Translations under genes and position numbers: made by a program
Origin: Candidatus Cloacimonadota bacterium
GTDB taxonomy: Bacteria > Cloacimonadota > Cloacimonadia > JGIOTU-2
Assembly (NCBI GenBank): GCA_049903315.1
Contig: JBNGBT010000009.1
Location: forward strand, 51,924-115,923
Length of the DNA: 64,000 bases
Direction: 5' to 3'
Part shown: positions 47,365 to 57,050 of the stretch, one piece after another
How positions within the stretch are numbered: position 1 is the first letter of the stretch
Layout: the number at the start of each line of letters is the position of its first letter
Notes under the pieces: model-generated
What the model saw: only the letters and a program-made list of their open reading frames with translations
The model's database searches: none
What the model was told of the DNA's origin: nothing

Positions 47365-48609
47365 TTAGTTCCAATATTCTTTATATTTCGGGTCTAATTT
47401 TGGTATTTCTTTATCCTTTTTAAACTCTTTTGGGTTTCTCCACCAATCCGTTGATGAGAATCCAAAGGAGATACGGAAAAATTCATCTTGATAGATATTT
47501 TTATCCACAGATCCGCGTGTTCCATATGCAAGTGACACACTCAGTCTGCCCTGATTTAATAGCATTATAGGTATATCGAATCCTGCTGTTAGTGCCATTT
47601 CATCAATGTAATTACCTTTGGCTTTGCAAGAAAGCTGTCTGTAATATCCCCCTATTCTTGTGGGTGTCTTCCAGAAAAAATCCTTCTTTGGTGTATATGA
47701 AATTCCAAGTGAAACCATGTTTGTGTTTCTGCCATTCATTGTTTCAACGTTTGTATTTTTCCAGAAAGTATAACGTAAATCAGTTTCTGCATAGAGAAAA
47801 TCTGTTACTTCCCCACCCACTCCAAAACCCATCTGCATAGGGATATCATATTTTGAAGTAGTACTGTTTACATAATCATAGCTTGCATTGTTATAATATT
47901 CGATCTTGTAAGTGTCCACTGAATGTAATTTTGCTTTGGTTTGAATGAAGCCGCCAAAGGAGAAAATTTTATAGGGGAAAGTAAATCCTGCCGAGAAGTT
48001 CACTCCATCCATAAGATTTTGTTTTATCTCTCTTGTATCAATCAGGTCATTATCAGAATAATCTATGTGCAAGTCCTCGGTTCGGTTACCAAAGATATAG
48101 TTCATATTGATACCAAATCCAAAAACTCCGATCCTCTTTGCAAGCGCAAAGCCAAGTTGATTAAGAGAGCCAAACTTTTTATCAGTTACAAGGTAATCTC
48201 CTACAAGGCTTGCTGTGTCTTGTAATGCGGTATTAAGCCCAAAAAAATACTTCTCAAGAAAAGATATGCCAAGAATTGTTCCTTTGGCAACGGGGACATA
48301 CATTGCAGCATACGGCACACTTGAAACTTTGTTCGTATATGATCCATTTGAATCTTTGAAAACTGTATACCCAAAATCTGTCTGTGTTGAAAAATTTGCT
48401 TTATTTACAGTGGTGAGAAGAGCTGGATTTATTATTGAGAAATTCTTTCTGAATATCGAACTGATTCCGGTAAATCCCATACCCGATCCAAAATTGTCCG
48501 AGCCAAAATGTTCTTCAACAAATCCATTTGGTGAAAACATGGACGCACTGAACAAGGGAGTTATTAAGCAACAAAACAGAAGACATATTATTATTTTTCT
48601 AAAAAACAT
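47365..48609 (-). CDS. FadL/OmpP1-like outer-membrane barrel protein
   Basis: Signal peptide; GSGMG...INPA N-terminal motif; P...GFG; YGTRGS...RISFGF. Confidence 0.7.
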   Translation of the reverse strand: MFFRKIIICLLFCCLITPLFSASMFSPNGFVEEHFGSDNFGSGMGFTGISSIFRKNFSIINPALLTTVNKANFSTQTDFGYTVFKDSNGSYTNKVSSVPYAAMYVPVAKGTILGISFLEKYFFGLNTALQDTASLVGDYLVTDKKFGSLNQLGFALAKRIGVFGFGINMNYIFGNRTEDLHIDYSDNDLIDTREIKQNLMDGVNFSAGFTFPYKIFSFGGFIQTKAKLHSVDTYKIEYYNNASYDYVNSTTSKYDIPMQMGFGVGGEVTDFLYAETDLRYTFWKNTNVETMNGRNTNMVSLGISYTPKKDFFWKTPTRIGGYYRQLSCKAKGNYIDEMALTAGFDIPIMLLNQGRLSVSLAYGTRGSVDKNIYQDEFFRISFGFSSTDWWRNPKEFKKDKEIPKLDPKYKEYWN

Positions 48610-48619
48610 AGTACCTCAT

Positions 48620-49771
48620 TTATTCTAAAACTGGCTTTGTATAAATAATGTGCAGTGGTGGCGTGCTGTTTTCAAAGAGATCCACGAATGAATAATCCTT
48701 ATTTTCATGATTTGATACGATAGCAATAAAAGGATTTGACAGGTCGCCCCTGATCATACCTTCAAGGATCGGCGTGATATTTACGGTTGAAAGAGAATCT
48801 CCATCTTTGAAATAGGAAGTCGGAGTTGATGAAATATAGGTGCATTCATCTGTTTGAGTATCAGAAACATAATAAGGAATTATTGTAATGTAATCATCAT
48901 CCACATATGCATTTTCGACCATAAAGGAATCTATCTGGATTTCGGCTAAATTCATGCTGATCCGCTCAAGCTGGTCAAGCGTAATCCCAAGCTGAGAATA
49001 TATAGAATCCACATGCACCTTCAGGATAAGCCGCGAAGGTGGTAGATTTGCAAAGGTCATTTTGCCAGGATCATAGTTCTTCTGCATGTTTTCGTCGTAC
49101 CCGATAAAAGTATCTTTTGTTGTAGCGAGAAGAAGAGTATCTCTCTTTCCTGTGTCGTTACCAACAGCAACGATCTTGAGTTTCGCACCTCTATCACTCG
49201 AATTGAAGGTATAGAATTCTGCAAAATTCTCTATTGCATCCGGGGCATCGAGAAGTATACCGAAATTCAAAGAATCATTAGTAATCCAATCCTCAACTAT
49301 TGAAGGATCAATTGGAACATAGAATGAATCAGCTTCAGATACAAATTCAACAGGGATAGGGAAATCTTCAAACTCTGTTCCAATCGTATCCCATGTTGCA
49401 GAACCAACTGCCCAATCGACAAGAAGTTTGTATACATGGATATCAATAGTGGGTTGGAACTGTGACTTACGTTCAAAGAGAATTTCACAACTTTCAAAAG
49501 AGGTCGAATCCAGCCACGTTGTATCCGGCAATGTACCAAATCTCATGAGCGATCTGGTTTTCACTCCATTAAAGTTACCCACCAACATGATCGAGTTTGA
49601 TGAGTATATCCCAATCGTATCTGTAAACGATCTTTCTAAAGTGATTGCATGCGAAATAGTATCAGATACTATTACAACGTCCTGATCGTATCCCATATAA
49701 TTATTTTTTTGAGTACAAGACAGAATACCGATCAAAAAGACAAGCAAAATTACGGAAATAAACTTATTCAT
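48620..49771 (-). CDS. Lipoprotein (DUF4270/DNRLRE-like beta-sandwich)
   Basis: Lipobox ILSC; RSLMRF, ATW, VEDWI...NFGILL and PLHIIYT. Confidence 0.65.
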   Translation of the reverse strand: MNKFISVILLVFLIGILSCTQKNNYMGYDQDVVIVSDTISHAITLERSFTDTIGIYSSNSIMLVGNFNGVKTRSLMRFGTLPDTTWLDSTSFESCEILFERKSQFQPTIDIHVYKLLVDWAVGSATWDTIGTEFEDFPIPVEFVSEADSFYVPIDPSIVEDWITNDSLNFGILLDAPDAIENFAEFYTFNSSDRGAKLKIVAVGNDTGKRDTLLLATTKDTFIGYDENMQKNYDPGKMTFANLPPSRLILKVHVDSIYSQLGITLDQLERISMNLAEIQIDSFMVENAYVDDDYITIIPYYVSDTQTDECTYISSTPTSYFKDGDSLSTVNITPILEGMIRGDLSNPFIAIVSNHENKDYSFVDLFENSTPPLHIIYTKPVLE

Positions 49772-49774
49772 ATT

Positions 49775-50005
49775 AAAACCTTTTTTTATCTAAAATAACA
49801 TAAACAAATGAGTAGTCTTCATAGGTATAGTGAATTTGTGGATAACACAGCCCATTACCTGATAACATTATATACAGTGTCATAATATTCTGAGGATAGA
49901 ATTGTTGATAAATTTGATATATCCACAATTGATGTTGCTGTGCCAGTAATTTTTAAGAAAAGCAGAGACTTATGCACAGTATTGCACATGCAATGTGGAT
50001 TGTTT
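49775..50005. other. oriC (downstream of dnaA): DnaA boxes and candidate DnaA-trios/DUE
   Basis: TGTGGATAA 49837-49845, TGTTGATAA 49903, ATATCCACA 49919 and TTATGCACA 49970; in-phase TAG triplets at 49813, 49822 and 49828 next to an AT-rich tract. Confidence 0.8.
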
Positions 50006-50028
50006 ATTGAATAATTACGTTTCATATT

Positions 50029-51363
50029 TTATTGGATTATATTTTCTGTGATTTCGTTTATTTTTCTTTTGAGATTATTGTCTTTATCTAATTTTTGTGA
50101 AATGATTTTTTTCGCATGTATAATAGTCGTGTGGTCCTTTTTGTTATAATGATTGGCAATCTCAAGCAAAGATATATGCGGAATGAGTTTTGCAGAAAGG
50201 TACATTGCTATCTGACGAGGGAATGCGATCTCTTTTTTTCGCGTGGGATCTTTTATCTGGTTTTTCCCGATTTCAAAATACTTCGCCACTTCTTCCTGGA
50301 TAATATCGAGCGTGACAGGTCTTTTACGATTTGCCATCATATCTTCGAGAATTTGCTTCACATCAGTCATTTCGATTTGGTGGGGTTTGACTTTTTTATA
50401 TGATGAGAATGCAAGAATCTTTATAAGAGAACCTTCGAGCTGACGAATGTTATCGTCAAAATTTTCTGCGATGAATTCGAGGACTTCAGGTTTTAAGGTG
50501 ATATTTTCTTCATCACATTTTTGTCGTAGTATTGCAACGCGTGTTTCATAATTTGGACGTTTAATATCCGCAAGAAGCCCCCACTCAAATCTTGATATAA
50601 GCCTGTCCTGCAATTTTTTAATCTCTTTTGGAGGACGGTCACTTGTAAGAATGATCTGTTTTTTTGCATTATAAAGCGTATTGAATGTGTGGAAAAATTC
50701 CTCCTGACTCCCTTCCTTACCAGCAAGAAATTGGATATCGTCAATCATAAGAATGTCAAAGGTTCTGAATTTCTTTCTGAAATTTATCGTGGTATTTGCC
50801 TGGATTGCCGAGATCATTTCGTTCGTGAAGTCTTCAGTCGGAGTATAGAGAACGCGTTTGTTGATCTTATTCTGAATTAAGTAGTTTCCAACTGCCTGCA
50901 TGAGATGAGTCTTGCCAAGCCCGACACCGCCGTAAATAAAAAGCGGATTATATATTTTACCGGGTTTATCAGCAACTGCCTGAGCGGCAGAAATTGCGAA
51001 GTGGTTATTGTCACCCACGACAAACCGCTCAAAGGTATATCTTGGATTGAGACCGTTATCTCTTGAAGAATCGAGTATAGTCTTTTTCGAAAAGGTGTAA
51101 TTGCTCGGAGCTTCTGAAGCTGAGCCGATGAAATCAACAGCTATATTTTCGGCAGTGAGATTATAAGCGATTTCCTCGATAAAAGATTTATAGTGTTGAT
51201 CAAGCCAGTCTGCAAAAAATTTTGTTGGAGCTTTTACTGTGAGAGTATTATCAACAAAGCTGAACTCTTTTGTTTTATCAAACCAGGTAGAAAAGGTTTG
51301 AGGATCCACCTGATCTTTTATCTCATCAAGAACCTGTTTCCACAAACCTAATGATCCGGACAT
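50029..51363 (-). CDS. dnaA: Chromosomal replication initiator DnaA
   Basis: TFSTWF, LNPRYTFERFVVG, YNPLFIYGGVGLGKTHL, DDIQF, QEEFFHTFN, RQIAMYL and DHTT. Confidence 0.99.
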   Translation of the reverse strand: MSGSLGLWKQVLDEIKDQVDPQTFSTWFDKTKEFSFVDNTLTVKAPTKFFADWLDQHYKSFIEEIAYNLTAENIAVDFIGSASEAPSNYTFSKKTILDSSRDNGLNPRYTFERFVVGDNNHFAISAAQAVADKPGKIYNPLFIYGGVGLGKTHLMQAVGNYLIQNKINKRVLYTPTEDFTNEMISAIQANTTINFRKKFRTFDILMIDDIQFLAGKEGSQEEFFHTFNTLYNAKKQIILTSDRPPKEIKKLQDRLISRFEWGLLADIKRPNYETRVAILRQKCDEENITLKPEVLEFIAENFDDNIRQLEGSLIKILAFSSYKKVKPHQIEMTDVKQILEDMMANRKRPVTLDIIQEEVAKYFEIGKNQIKDPTRKKEIAFPRQIAMYLSAKLIPHISLLEIANHYNKKDHTTIIHAKKIISQKLDKDNNLKRKINEITENIIQ

Positions 51364-51369
51364 AGACAG

Positions 51370-51522
51370 TTATCAACCTTTTATATTACTGAATATCAGG
51401 GAGATACGAAATCCAACGCAATGTTATCCACAGACTTATCAACAATTTGCAAATACGTGTAATATCCAATTATTCAGGAGGATACAAGAAAAACAAGCAT
51501 TTGGAATTTTTGTTTATCCACA
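51370..51522. promoter_or_regulatory. DnaA boxes upstream of dnaA (autoregulation or second oriC half)
   Basis: TTATCCACA at 51424 and 51514; TTATCAACA at 51436; TTATCAACC at 51370. Confidence 0.85.
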
Positions 51523-51778
51523 TTTTGGTGTATTTCGAATCCTGAAATTTTTTTTCAAAAAAGGCTGATTGAAATAACTCCTGTCAACAAAAAGTTCCCT
51601 CTCGGCTAATATTAAACCATTCTTTTTACGATTCTTAATATTTCCATATAAGTTACTACAAGGTAATGTATAAATTATTATATTATTTACACCTCTTCAT
51701 GAAGTGTGTAAAACTTGACATTAGTAAGGAACAAACAGCAAATTAACATAAGAAAAATATTAATAATTTTTGAATAAA

Positions 51779-52726
51779 ATGAGTAACAAAAAAAGCTGGC
51801 ATATCCTCATTACGAGCAATTCTGCGACGGGAGTGAAAGACCTTCACATATCCAAACCATTGATTCTATTCCTCGTGATTTTTGTATCTATTTTTGTTAT
51901 TGCTACCGGAGTAATAACTTATTTTTTTGTTACCAGCGAAGTTGACAGACACCAGCTGCGAGAACTCCAGGCACATAACATCAAACTCAAAAATGAGATG
52001 ACGAGAATAAATTCCTTGCTTGACACTATGCAATTTGAACTTAAGAATGTTCAGGATAGAGACAAAGAAGTGCGAGAACTCGAGGGATTGCGCCCTATTG
52101 ATGATGACATTCGCCAAATGGGTGTTGGTGGTATTCAATATTTTGATTCCACATTTTTCTCTATGGACGAAGAGCTATTTAATGTCCATAACACCGTTCT
52201 GAACAAAATTGATGCTTTCGCACGACAGATTGACCTTGAAGAGACTAGCTTTGCCGAGATCTCAAAATATCTTACAGTAAAGAATACGATCTATAACCAC
52301 ACTCCATCCATCAAACCGACATATGGAAGGATTTCGGAAGGATATGGATACCGGGTTCACCCAATCTATGATGTGAGGCACTTCCATCATGGGGTTGACA
52401 TTGCAAACAAAGAGGGTTCTGTCATCTACGCAGCAGCGGACGGACGAGTTGCCGATAAAGGATATCACGAAGATTACGGATACTATTTACTGATCGACCA
52501 CGGTTATGGTTATAAGACATTCTATGGTCATTTCAGGAAGAGATTTGTAGAGATAGGACAGGAAGTAACAAAATATCAAATAATCGGAGAGATGGGCTCG
52601 ACCGGCACTTCAACAGGATCTCATCTTCATTACGAGGTGCGATTCTACGGCAAGAGCACCAACCCAATTAATTATTTCGACAAAAAGAAATCTACGATAT
52701 ACGTAGATAAAAGATATCTTTCATAA
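51779..52726 (+). CDS. M23 family peptidoglycan endopeptidase with TM and coiled coil
   Basis: TPSIKP, YGYRVHP, HHGVDIA, YGH and STGSHLHYEV. Confidence 0.92.
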   Translation: MSNKKSWHILITSNSATGVKDLHISKPLILFLVIFVSIFVIATGVITYFFVTSEVDRHQLRELQAHNIKLKNEMTRINSLLDTMQFELKNVQDRDKEVRELEGLRPIDDDIRQMGVGGIQYFDSTFFSMDEELFNVHNTVLNKIDAFARQIDLEETSFAEISKYLTVKNTIYNHTPSIKPTYGRISEGYGYRVHPIYDVRHFHHGVDIANKEGSVIYAAADGRVADKGYHEDYGYYLLIDHGYGYKTFYGHFRKRFVEIGQEVTKYQIIGEMGSTGTSTGSHLHYEVRFYGKSTNPINYFDKKKSTIYVDKRYLS

Positions 52727-52741
52727 CGATTTTATCGTATC

Positions 52742-53371
52742 TTGAAAAAAGCATTTATTTTCTGTAATAATAATTATATTAATTTTGCAATGGACTTTGC
52801 TTTGGATGGCACGATCATAGCAGCTGATGGCGGAGCAAATTTTCTCCTTAAGCACAACATAATACCTGATGTGCTCATAGGAGATTTTGATTCTATTTCA
52901 GAGACTTCTTTGGGGGAAATAAGAACAAGATCGGAAATCGTGCAGTTTCCCAGAGAAAAGGATAAAACAGACAGCGAGCTTTCGCTTGATTATTGCATTA
53001 ATGAACATTATGATTTCGTGACAATGGTCAATGCAGTGAACGGCAGACTGGAGCATTCGCTTGCAAATATTTTCTTGATAGAATATTTTGTGCAAAAAGG
53101 AATTTCAATTTATTTTATTAATAAAGAGAACGAAATATTTGTTCTTTATGGACCGGATGAGATGGAGTTGAGTAGCAAGAAAGGTGCAGAAATTTCTTTG
53201 ATCCCTCTTACAGAACAGGTTAAAATGGAATTTATAAAGGGATTTAAATATCCCCTGCAGAAAGAAACCTTGTACAGAAGTCACACGCGAGGAATCAGCA
53301 ATGTAGCAGAGAACGAGAAGCTTTCTGTGAAGATCTCATCGGGAATTTTATTGATAATAAGAGGAAGATAA
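52742..53371 (+). CDS. thiN: Thiamine diphosphokinase
   Basis: IAADGGA, PDVLIGDFDS, KDKTD, GRLEH, SLIP and GISN. Confidence 0.92.
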   Translation: MKKAFIFCNNNYINFAMDFALDGTIIAADGGANFLLKHNIIPDVLIGDFDSISETSLGEIRTRSEIVQFPREKDKTDSELSLDYCINEHYDFVTMVNAVNGRLEHSLANIFLIEYFVQKGISIYFINKENEIFVLYGPDEMELSSKKGAEISLIPLTEQVKMEFIKGFKYPLQKETLYRSHTRGISNVAENEKLSVKISSGILLIIRGR

Positions 53372-53584
53372 ATGGCAGAAATAAAATTTGAAAAAGCATT
53401 AGAGAGACTTCAGGAAATCGTGGAGACTCTCGAAAATGGAAATATTGATATTGAAAAATCTCTTGAGTATTACGAGGAAGGTATCAATCTGATAAAGCAA
53501 TGTTCCTCAAAATTGAAAAAGATCGAGAATAAGATCGCTTTGCTTAATGAGATAGACGAGGAAGAGGAAGTACAAGATGAATAA
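53372..53584 (+). CDS. xseB: Exodeoxyribonuclease VII small subunit
   Basis: FEKALERLQEIVETLENG...SLEYYEEG. Confidence 0.95.
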   Translation: MAEIKFEKALERLQEIVETLENGNIDIEKSLEYYEEGINLIKQCSSKLKKIENKIALLNEIDEEEEVQDE

Positions 53585-53608
53585 GGTGAGTTGTAAAGGA
53601 GTAATCCA

Positions 53609-54499
53609 ATGACCAAAATGATGCGACTGAAAAAGGATGTAAAAGAGAAACGGGAATTGGTCAATATTGTTATAGATCGTTTTTTACCAAGGAAAGATGA
53701 ATATCCTAAGATAATTCATAAAGCGATGCGCTATACTCTGTTTGCAGGTGGCAAGCGAATCAGGCCATATTTGACCATCACCACATACCAGCTCTTTGGG
53801 CACATGGACAAGAAGATATTACCCGTTGCAGCAGCGATAGAGCTGATTCATACTTATTCACTTATTCATGACGACCTTCCGGATATTGACGATGACGATT
53901 TGCGAAGAGGAAAATCATCAAACCATGTAGAATTCGGACAGGATATTGCTCTCCTTGCAGGGGATGCCCTGATAATGGAAGCGTTTCGGCTGATGGTCCA
54001 GATGGACGTAAAACCGAAATTTAAAGCCCAAATAATCTCAGAATTTACCGAGATAACCGGCAGCAAAGGCTTGATAGCAGGGCAAGTTGTGGACATTCTG
54101 AGTGAAGGAAAAAAAGTAACCGCCGAAACTCTCGACTACATACATATGAATAAAACCGCCAAACTGATCTGCATGGCAATCCGATTCGGTGCAATTATGG
54201 GGGAAGCAAGCGAAGACGATCTTATCCGTATTACAGAATTCGGACAAACTCTCGGACTGCTCTTTCAGATTGTGGACGATATCCTCGATGTAGAAGGAAC
54301 GACCAAGAAGATGGGAAAGAAATCCGGTAAGGATGTCAAGGTCGGAAAAGCAACCTATCCGAAGGTTTACGGGCTGGCAAAAGCAAAGGAAAAACGCGAT
54401 GAGCTTATGCTCAAAGCTCAGAATATAATTTCCTTTTACGGACCAAAAGCAGAATTTCTGAAGAAGATCTGTATCTATGTTGCGACTCGTGAATTTTGA
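53609..54499 (+). CDS. ispA: Farnesyl/geranylgeranyl diphosphate synthase
   Basis: GGKRIRP, SLIHDDLP..DDDDLRRG, AGDAL, GQ..D, KTA and FQIVDDILD. Confidence 0.93.
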   Translation: MTKMMRLKKDVKEKRELVNIVIDRFLPRKDEYPKIIHKAMRYTLFAGGKRIRPYLTITTYQLFGHMDKKILPVAAAIELIHTYSLIHDDLPDIDDDDLRRGKSSNHVEFGQDIALLAGDALIMEAFRLMVQMDVKPKFKAQIISEFTEITGSKGLIAGQVVDILSEGKKVTAETLDYIHMNKTAKLICMAIRFGAIMGEASEDDLIRITEFGQTLGLLFQIVDDILDVEGTTKKMGKKSGKDVKVGKATYPKVYGLAKAKEKRDELMLKAQNIISFYGPKAEFLKKICIYVATREF

Positions 54500-54930
54500 T
54501 GATCAAGATAAAATTCAAAAAACTCACACAATCAGCACATACACCACAAAAAATGACCGAGCATTCCTCGGGTTATGATCTCTATGCCGATGTCAAAGAA
54601 CTTTGCATTCAACCCAAGGACGTAGCGCTGATATCTACAGGTATTTCGCTGGAAATTCCTCCGGGTTATGAAGCGCAAGTTCGACCCCGCAGCGGATTAG
54701 CTATCAAACACAAGATCGGGATTTTGAATTCACCCGGAACCATTGATGCAGATTATCGCGGAGAAATTAAGGTGATACTGTTCAATTTTGGAAATAAGTC
54801 CTTTGTTGTTAAACGGGACATGCGGATTGCTCAAGTGGTGTTTGCAAAAGTAGAGCATGCGGAATTAGAGGAAAGCACTTCTTTAGAAGAGACAGAACGA
54901 GACGATGGCGGATTTGGTCACACGGGGTAA
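54499..54930 (+). CDS. dut: dUTP diphosphatase
   Basis: GYDL, RPRSG, NSPGTIDADYRGEI, RIAQ and R..GGFGHTG. Confidence 0.97.
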   Translation: MIKIKFKKLTQSAHTPQKMTEHSSGYDLYADVKELCIQPKDVALISTGISLEIPPGYEAQVRPRSGLAIKHKIGILNSPGTIDADYRGEIKVILFNFGNKSFVVKRDMRIAQVVFAKVEHAELEESTSLEETERDDGGFGHTG

Positions 54931-54935
54931 TCAAA

Positions 54936-55640
54936 ATGCCGGAAACCACACTGGACGACCTGCAATATGAAGACCTGCACCTGCGCCAGAATAAAAGAGG
55001 TTACCGCAGCACAGAAGATTCACTGATACTTTTATACACGATAATAAAAAAAATGGGATTTGATTACAAAGGAAATGCCTTTGAATTCGGAACCGGGTCA
55101 GGCATCATTTCTTTACTCCTTGCCGCCAAACTGAAAAAAATCACGATAACAGCAATAGAAATACAGAAATCCCTTTTTAAACTTGCAAAAGAGAATATTA
55201 TTCATGCCAGACTGGAAGAGAGAATAGTTCTTGTCAAAGCAGATGGTAGAAAGATCAAAGAGTATTTTAATCCGCAGAAATTTGATTGTGCTTTTTCAAA
55301 TCCACCTTTTTTTCCAAGAGGAACAGGAAAAGCAAGCCCGTCAAAAGAGAAACTTTATGCGCGCCACGAACTGCTCTGCACTATGGAAGATGTGTTGAAC
55401 TCCTTTGAATTTCTACTAAAAGTGAGCGGCTTGGGCTTTATCATTTATCCCGTGGAGCGACTCGAAGAATTTCTGGAAAAGATAAGGTCACAAAAACATT
55501 TGAAACTCTCATGCATTAAGTTTTTCAGAGACATAAAAAACACTGTCGGAATATGGAAATCTTCACAAAATGAATCCGATTTATCTAAATGGGCGCAAAA
55601 GAGCACATTATTTGTTGCGGAGATTAAAAGGCATTCATGA
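54936..55640 (+). CDS. tRNA1(Val) adenine-N6-methyltransferase-like SAM methyltransferase
   Basis: QNKRGYR..EDSLIL, EFGTGSG, IEIQ, SNPPFF and ARHE. Confidence 0.8.
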   Translation: MPETTLDDLQYEDLHLRQNKRGYRSTEDSLILLYTIIKKMGFDYKGNAFEFGTGSGIISLLLAAKLKKITITAIEIQKSLFKLAKENIIHARLEERIVLVKADGRKIKEYFNPQKFDCAFSNPPFFPRGTGKASPSKEKLYARHELLCTMEDVLNSFEFLLKVSGLGFIIYPVERLEEFLEKIRSQKHLKLSCIKFFRDIKNTVGIWKSSQNESDLSKWAQKSTLFVAEIKRHS

Positions 55641-56512
55641 AAGGTTTTTTCACTCTTTTTAGAAAACTCTATTCTGATCTTATCGGACACCTCATTATTA
55701 TCTGGTTTCTGATCCTGCTCACTGCACTTGTACTCCTTGCCATGTTCTATGCAGAAGATTTTTTTGAAGGAGTACTGCATAGGGAGGTTGTAAGATCATC
55801 GGTTATTGTGTATATCAACCCCCAGGCACAAACAGAAGATGTGATGATGAGCATTCTGTCTTATCCGACAATCGAGAATCACAAACTTATTACAAGCATG
55901 GAAACCATTAATGAACTGCAGAGAACCTATGGTTTGACAACACTACCCCAATGGGTGAATCCAGGAAAAATCCCGGATTTTGTGCACGCGAATCTTAATC
56001 CTCTGGAATTTTCATTAAAAAAGTTCAATGCAATGATCGACACACTCTCGGCAGATGAGCGTATCCAACAAATTGATTTTAACTCGGTAGAAGTCACGAG
56101 ACTTGGAACGATTAATTCGCTTTTTACAAGGTTCAGGTGGGCGCCGCAAATTCTGGTTTTGATACTTTTCTGTTTTGTGCTTTTCCTCGTCAGGCGGCTC
56201 ATGCGCAGCAGACAGAAAGAAAAGTGGAAACTCTGGAAAAGTATGAATATCAAACCCATCTTTAAACTACCACACCTCATTCTGGAGTTTATTATCACGA
56301 TCCTGGTTGTGAGCGGAATGTTCGAGGTGCTCATTCTATTATTTGGAGAAGACCTGCTGCTTCTGTTCAATATTAATATTCTGAAGTTCAATGATGGATG
56401 GCGTTCCGTTTGTGCACTACTCGGGCTTTATATGCTGATCTCACTTATAAATCTCTTATTTAAAGACAAAGTAACAACAAAGGTGGTATTCAAGAAAAGT
56501 GGAAAAATTTAA
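55637..56512 (+). CDS. FtsX-like membrane protein (divergent)
   Basis: TM1, extracytoplasmic domain (VIVYI...), then three TM helices. Confidence 0.5.
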   Translation: MKGFFTLFRKLYSDLIGHLIIIWFLILLTALVLLAMFYAEDFFEGVLHREVVRSSVIVYINPQAQTEDVMMSILSYPTIENHKLITSMETINELQRTYGLTTLPQWVNPGKIPDFVHANLNPLEFSLKKFNAMIDTLSADERIQQIDFNSVEVTRLGTINSLFTRFRWAPQILVLILFCFVLFLVRRLMRSRQKEKWKLWKSMNIKPIFKLPHLILEFIITILVVSGMFEVLILLFGEDLLLLFNINILKFNDGWRSVCALLGLYMLISLINLLFKDKVTTKVVFKKSGKI

Positions 56513-57050
56513 ACACCAGATCCCAAACGCACTCACAATTTTCAGGATCATCCTGATACCGATATTCATATATTGTGCGCTCAAAGATTTTTTTATTCCC
56601 GCCTTTATTGTATTTGTTGTTGCATCCCTGACAGACCTTTTTGATGGTGTAATTGCCCGAAAATTTGGATATGTATCAAACTTCGGTAAAATTGTCGATC
56701 CGCTTGCAGATAAGTTGCTGGTTGCCTCGGCACTTATAATATTTTCATACTGGGGAGTAGTTTTCTGGTGGCTTACGGCGATTATATTGTTACGGGAAAT
56801 ATTTATGACGATCTATCGCGAGTTATTGAAGAAGAGAGGAATTTTTCTTGCAGCGAACAGATACGGCAAAATGAAAACCACTGCGCAGATGGTAACTATC
56901 ATTGTAACTCTTGCATATCGAGTGATACTGCCGAAGATCATAATCATTGACACCATCCTGCTTATTATGTATTTTTTGATTGCAGCATTAGCATGGATGT
57001 CAGCAGGCATCTATATATTTCAGGTTCGGAAGGAGCGGCATGGGACGTAA
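56499..57050 (+). CDS. pgsA: CDP-diacylglycerol--glycerol-3-phosphate 3-phosphatidyltransferase
   Basis: IPNALTIFRI, TDLFDG.IAR, FGKIVDPLADK, RE and GKMKT. Confidence 0.95.
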   Translation: MEKFKHQIPNALTIFRIILIPIFIYCALKDFFIPAFIVFVVASLTDLFDGVIARKFGYVSNFGKIVDPLADKLLVASALIIFSYWGVVFWWLTAIILLREIFMTIYRELLKKRGIFLAANRYGKMKTTAQMVTIIVTLAYRVILPKIIIIDTILLIMYFLIAALAWMSAGIYIFQVRKERHGT

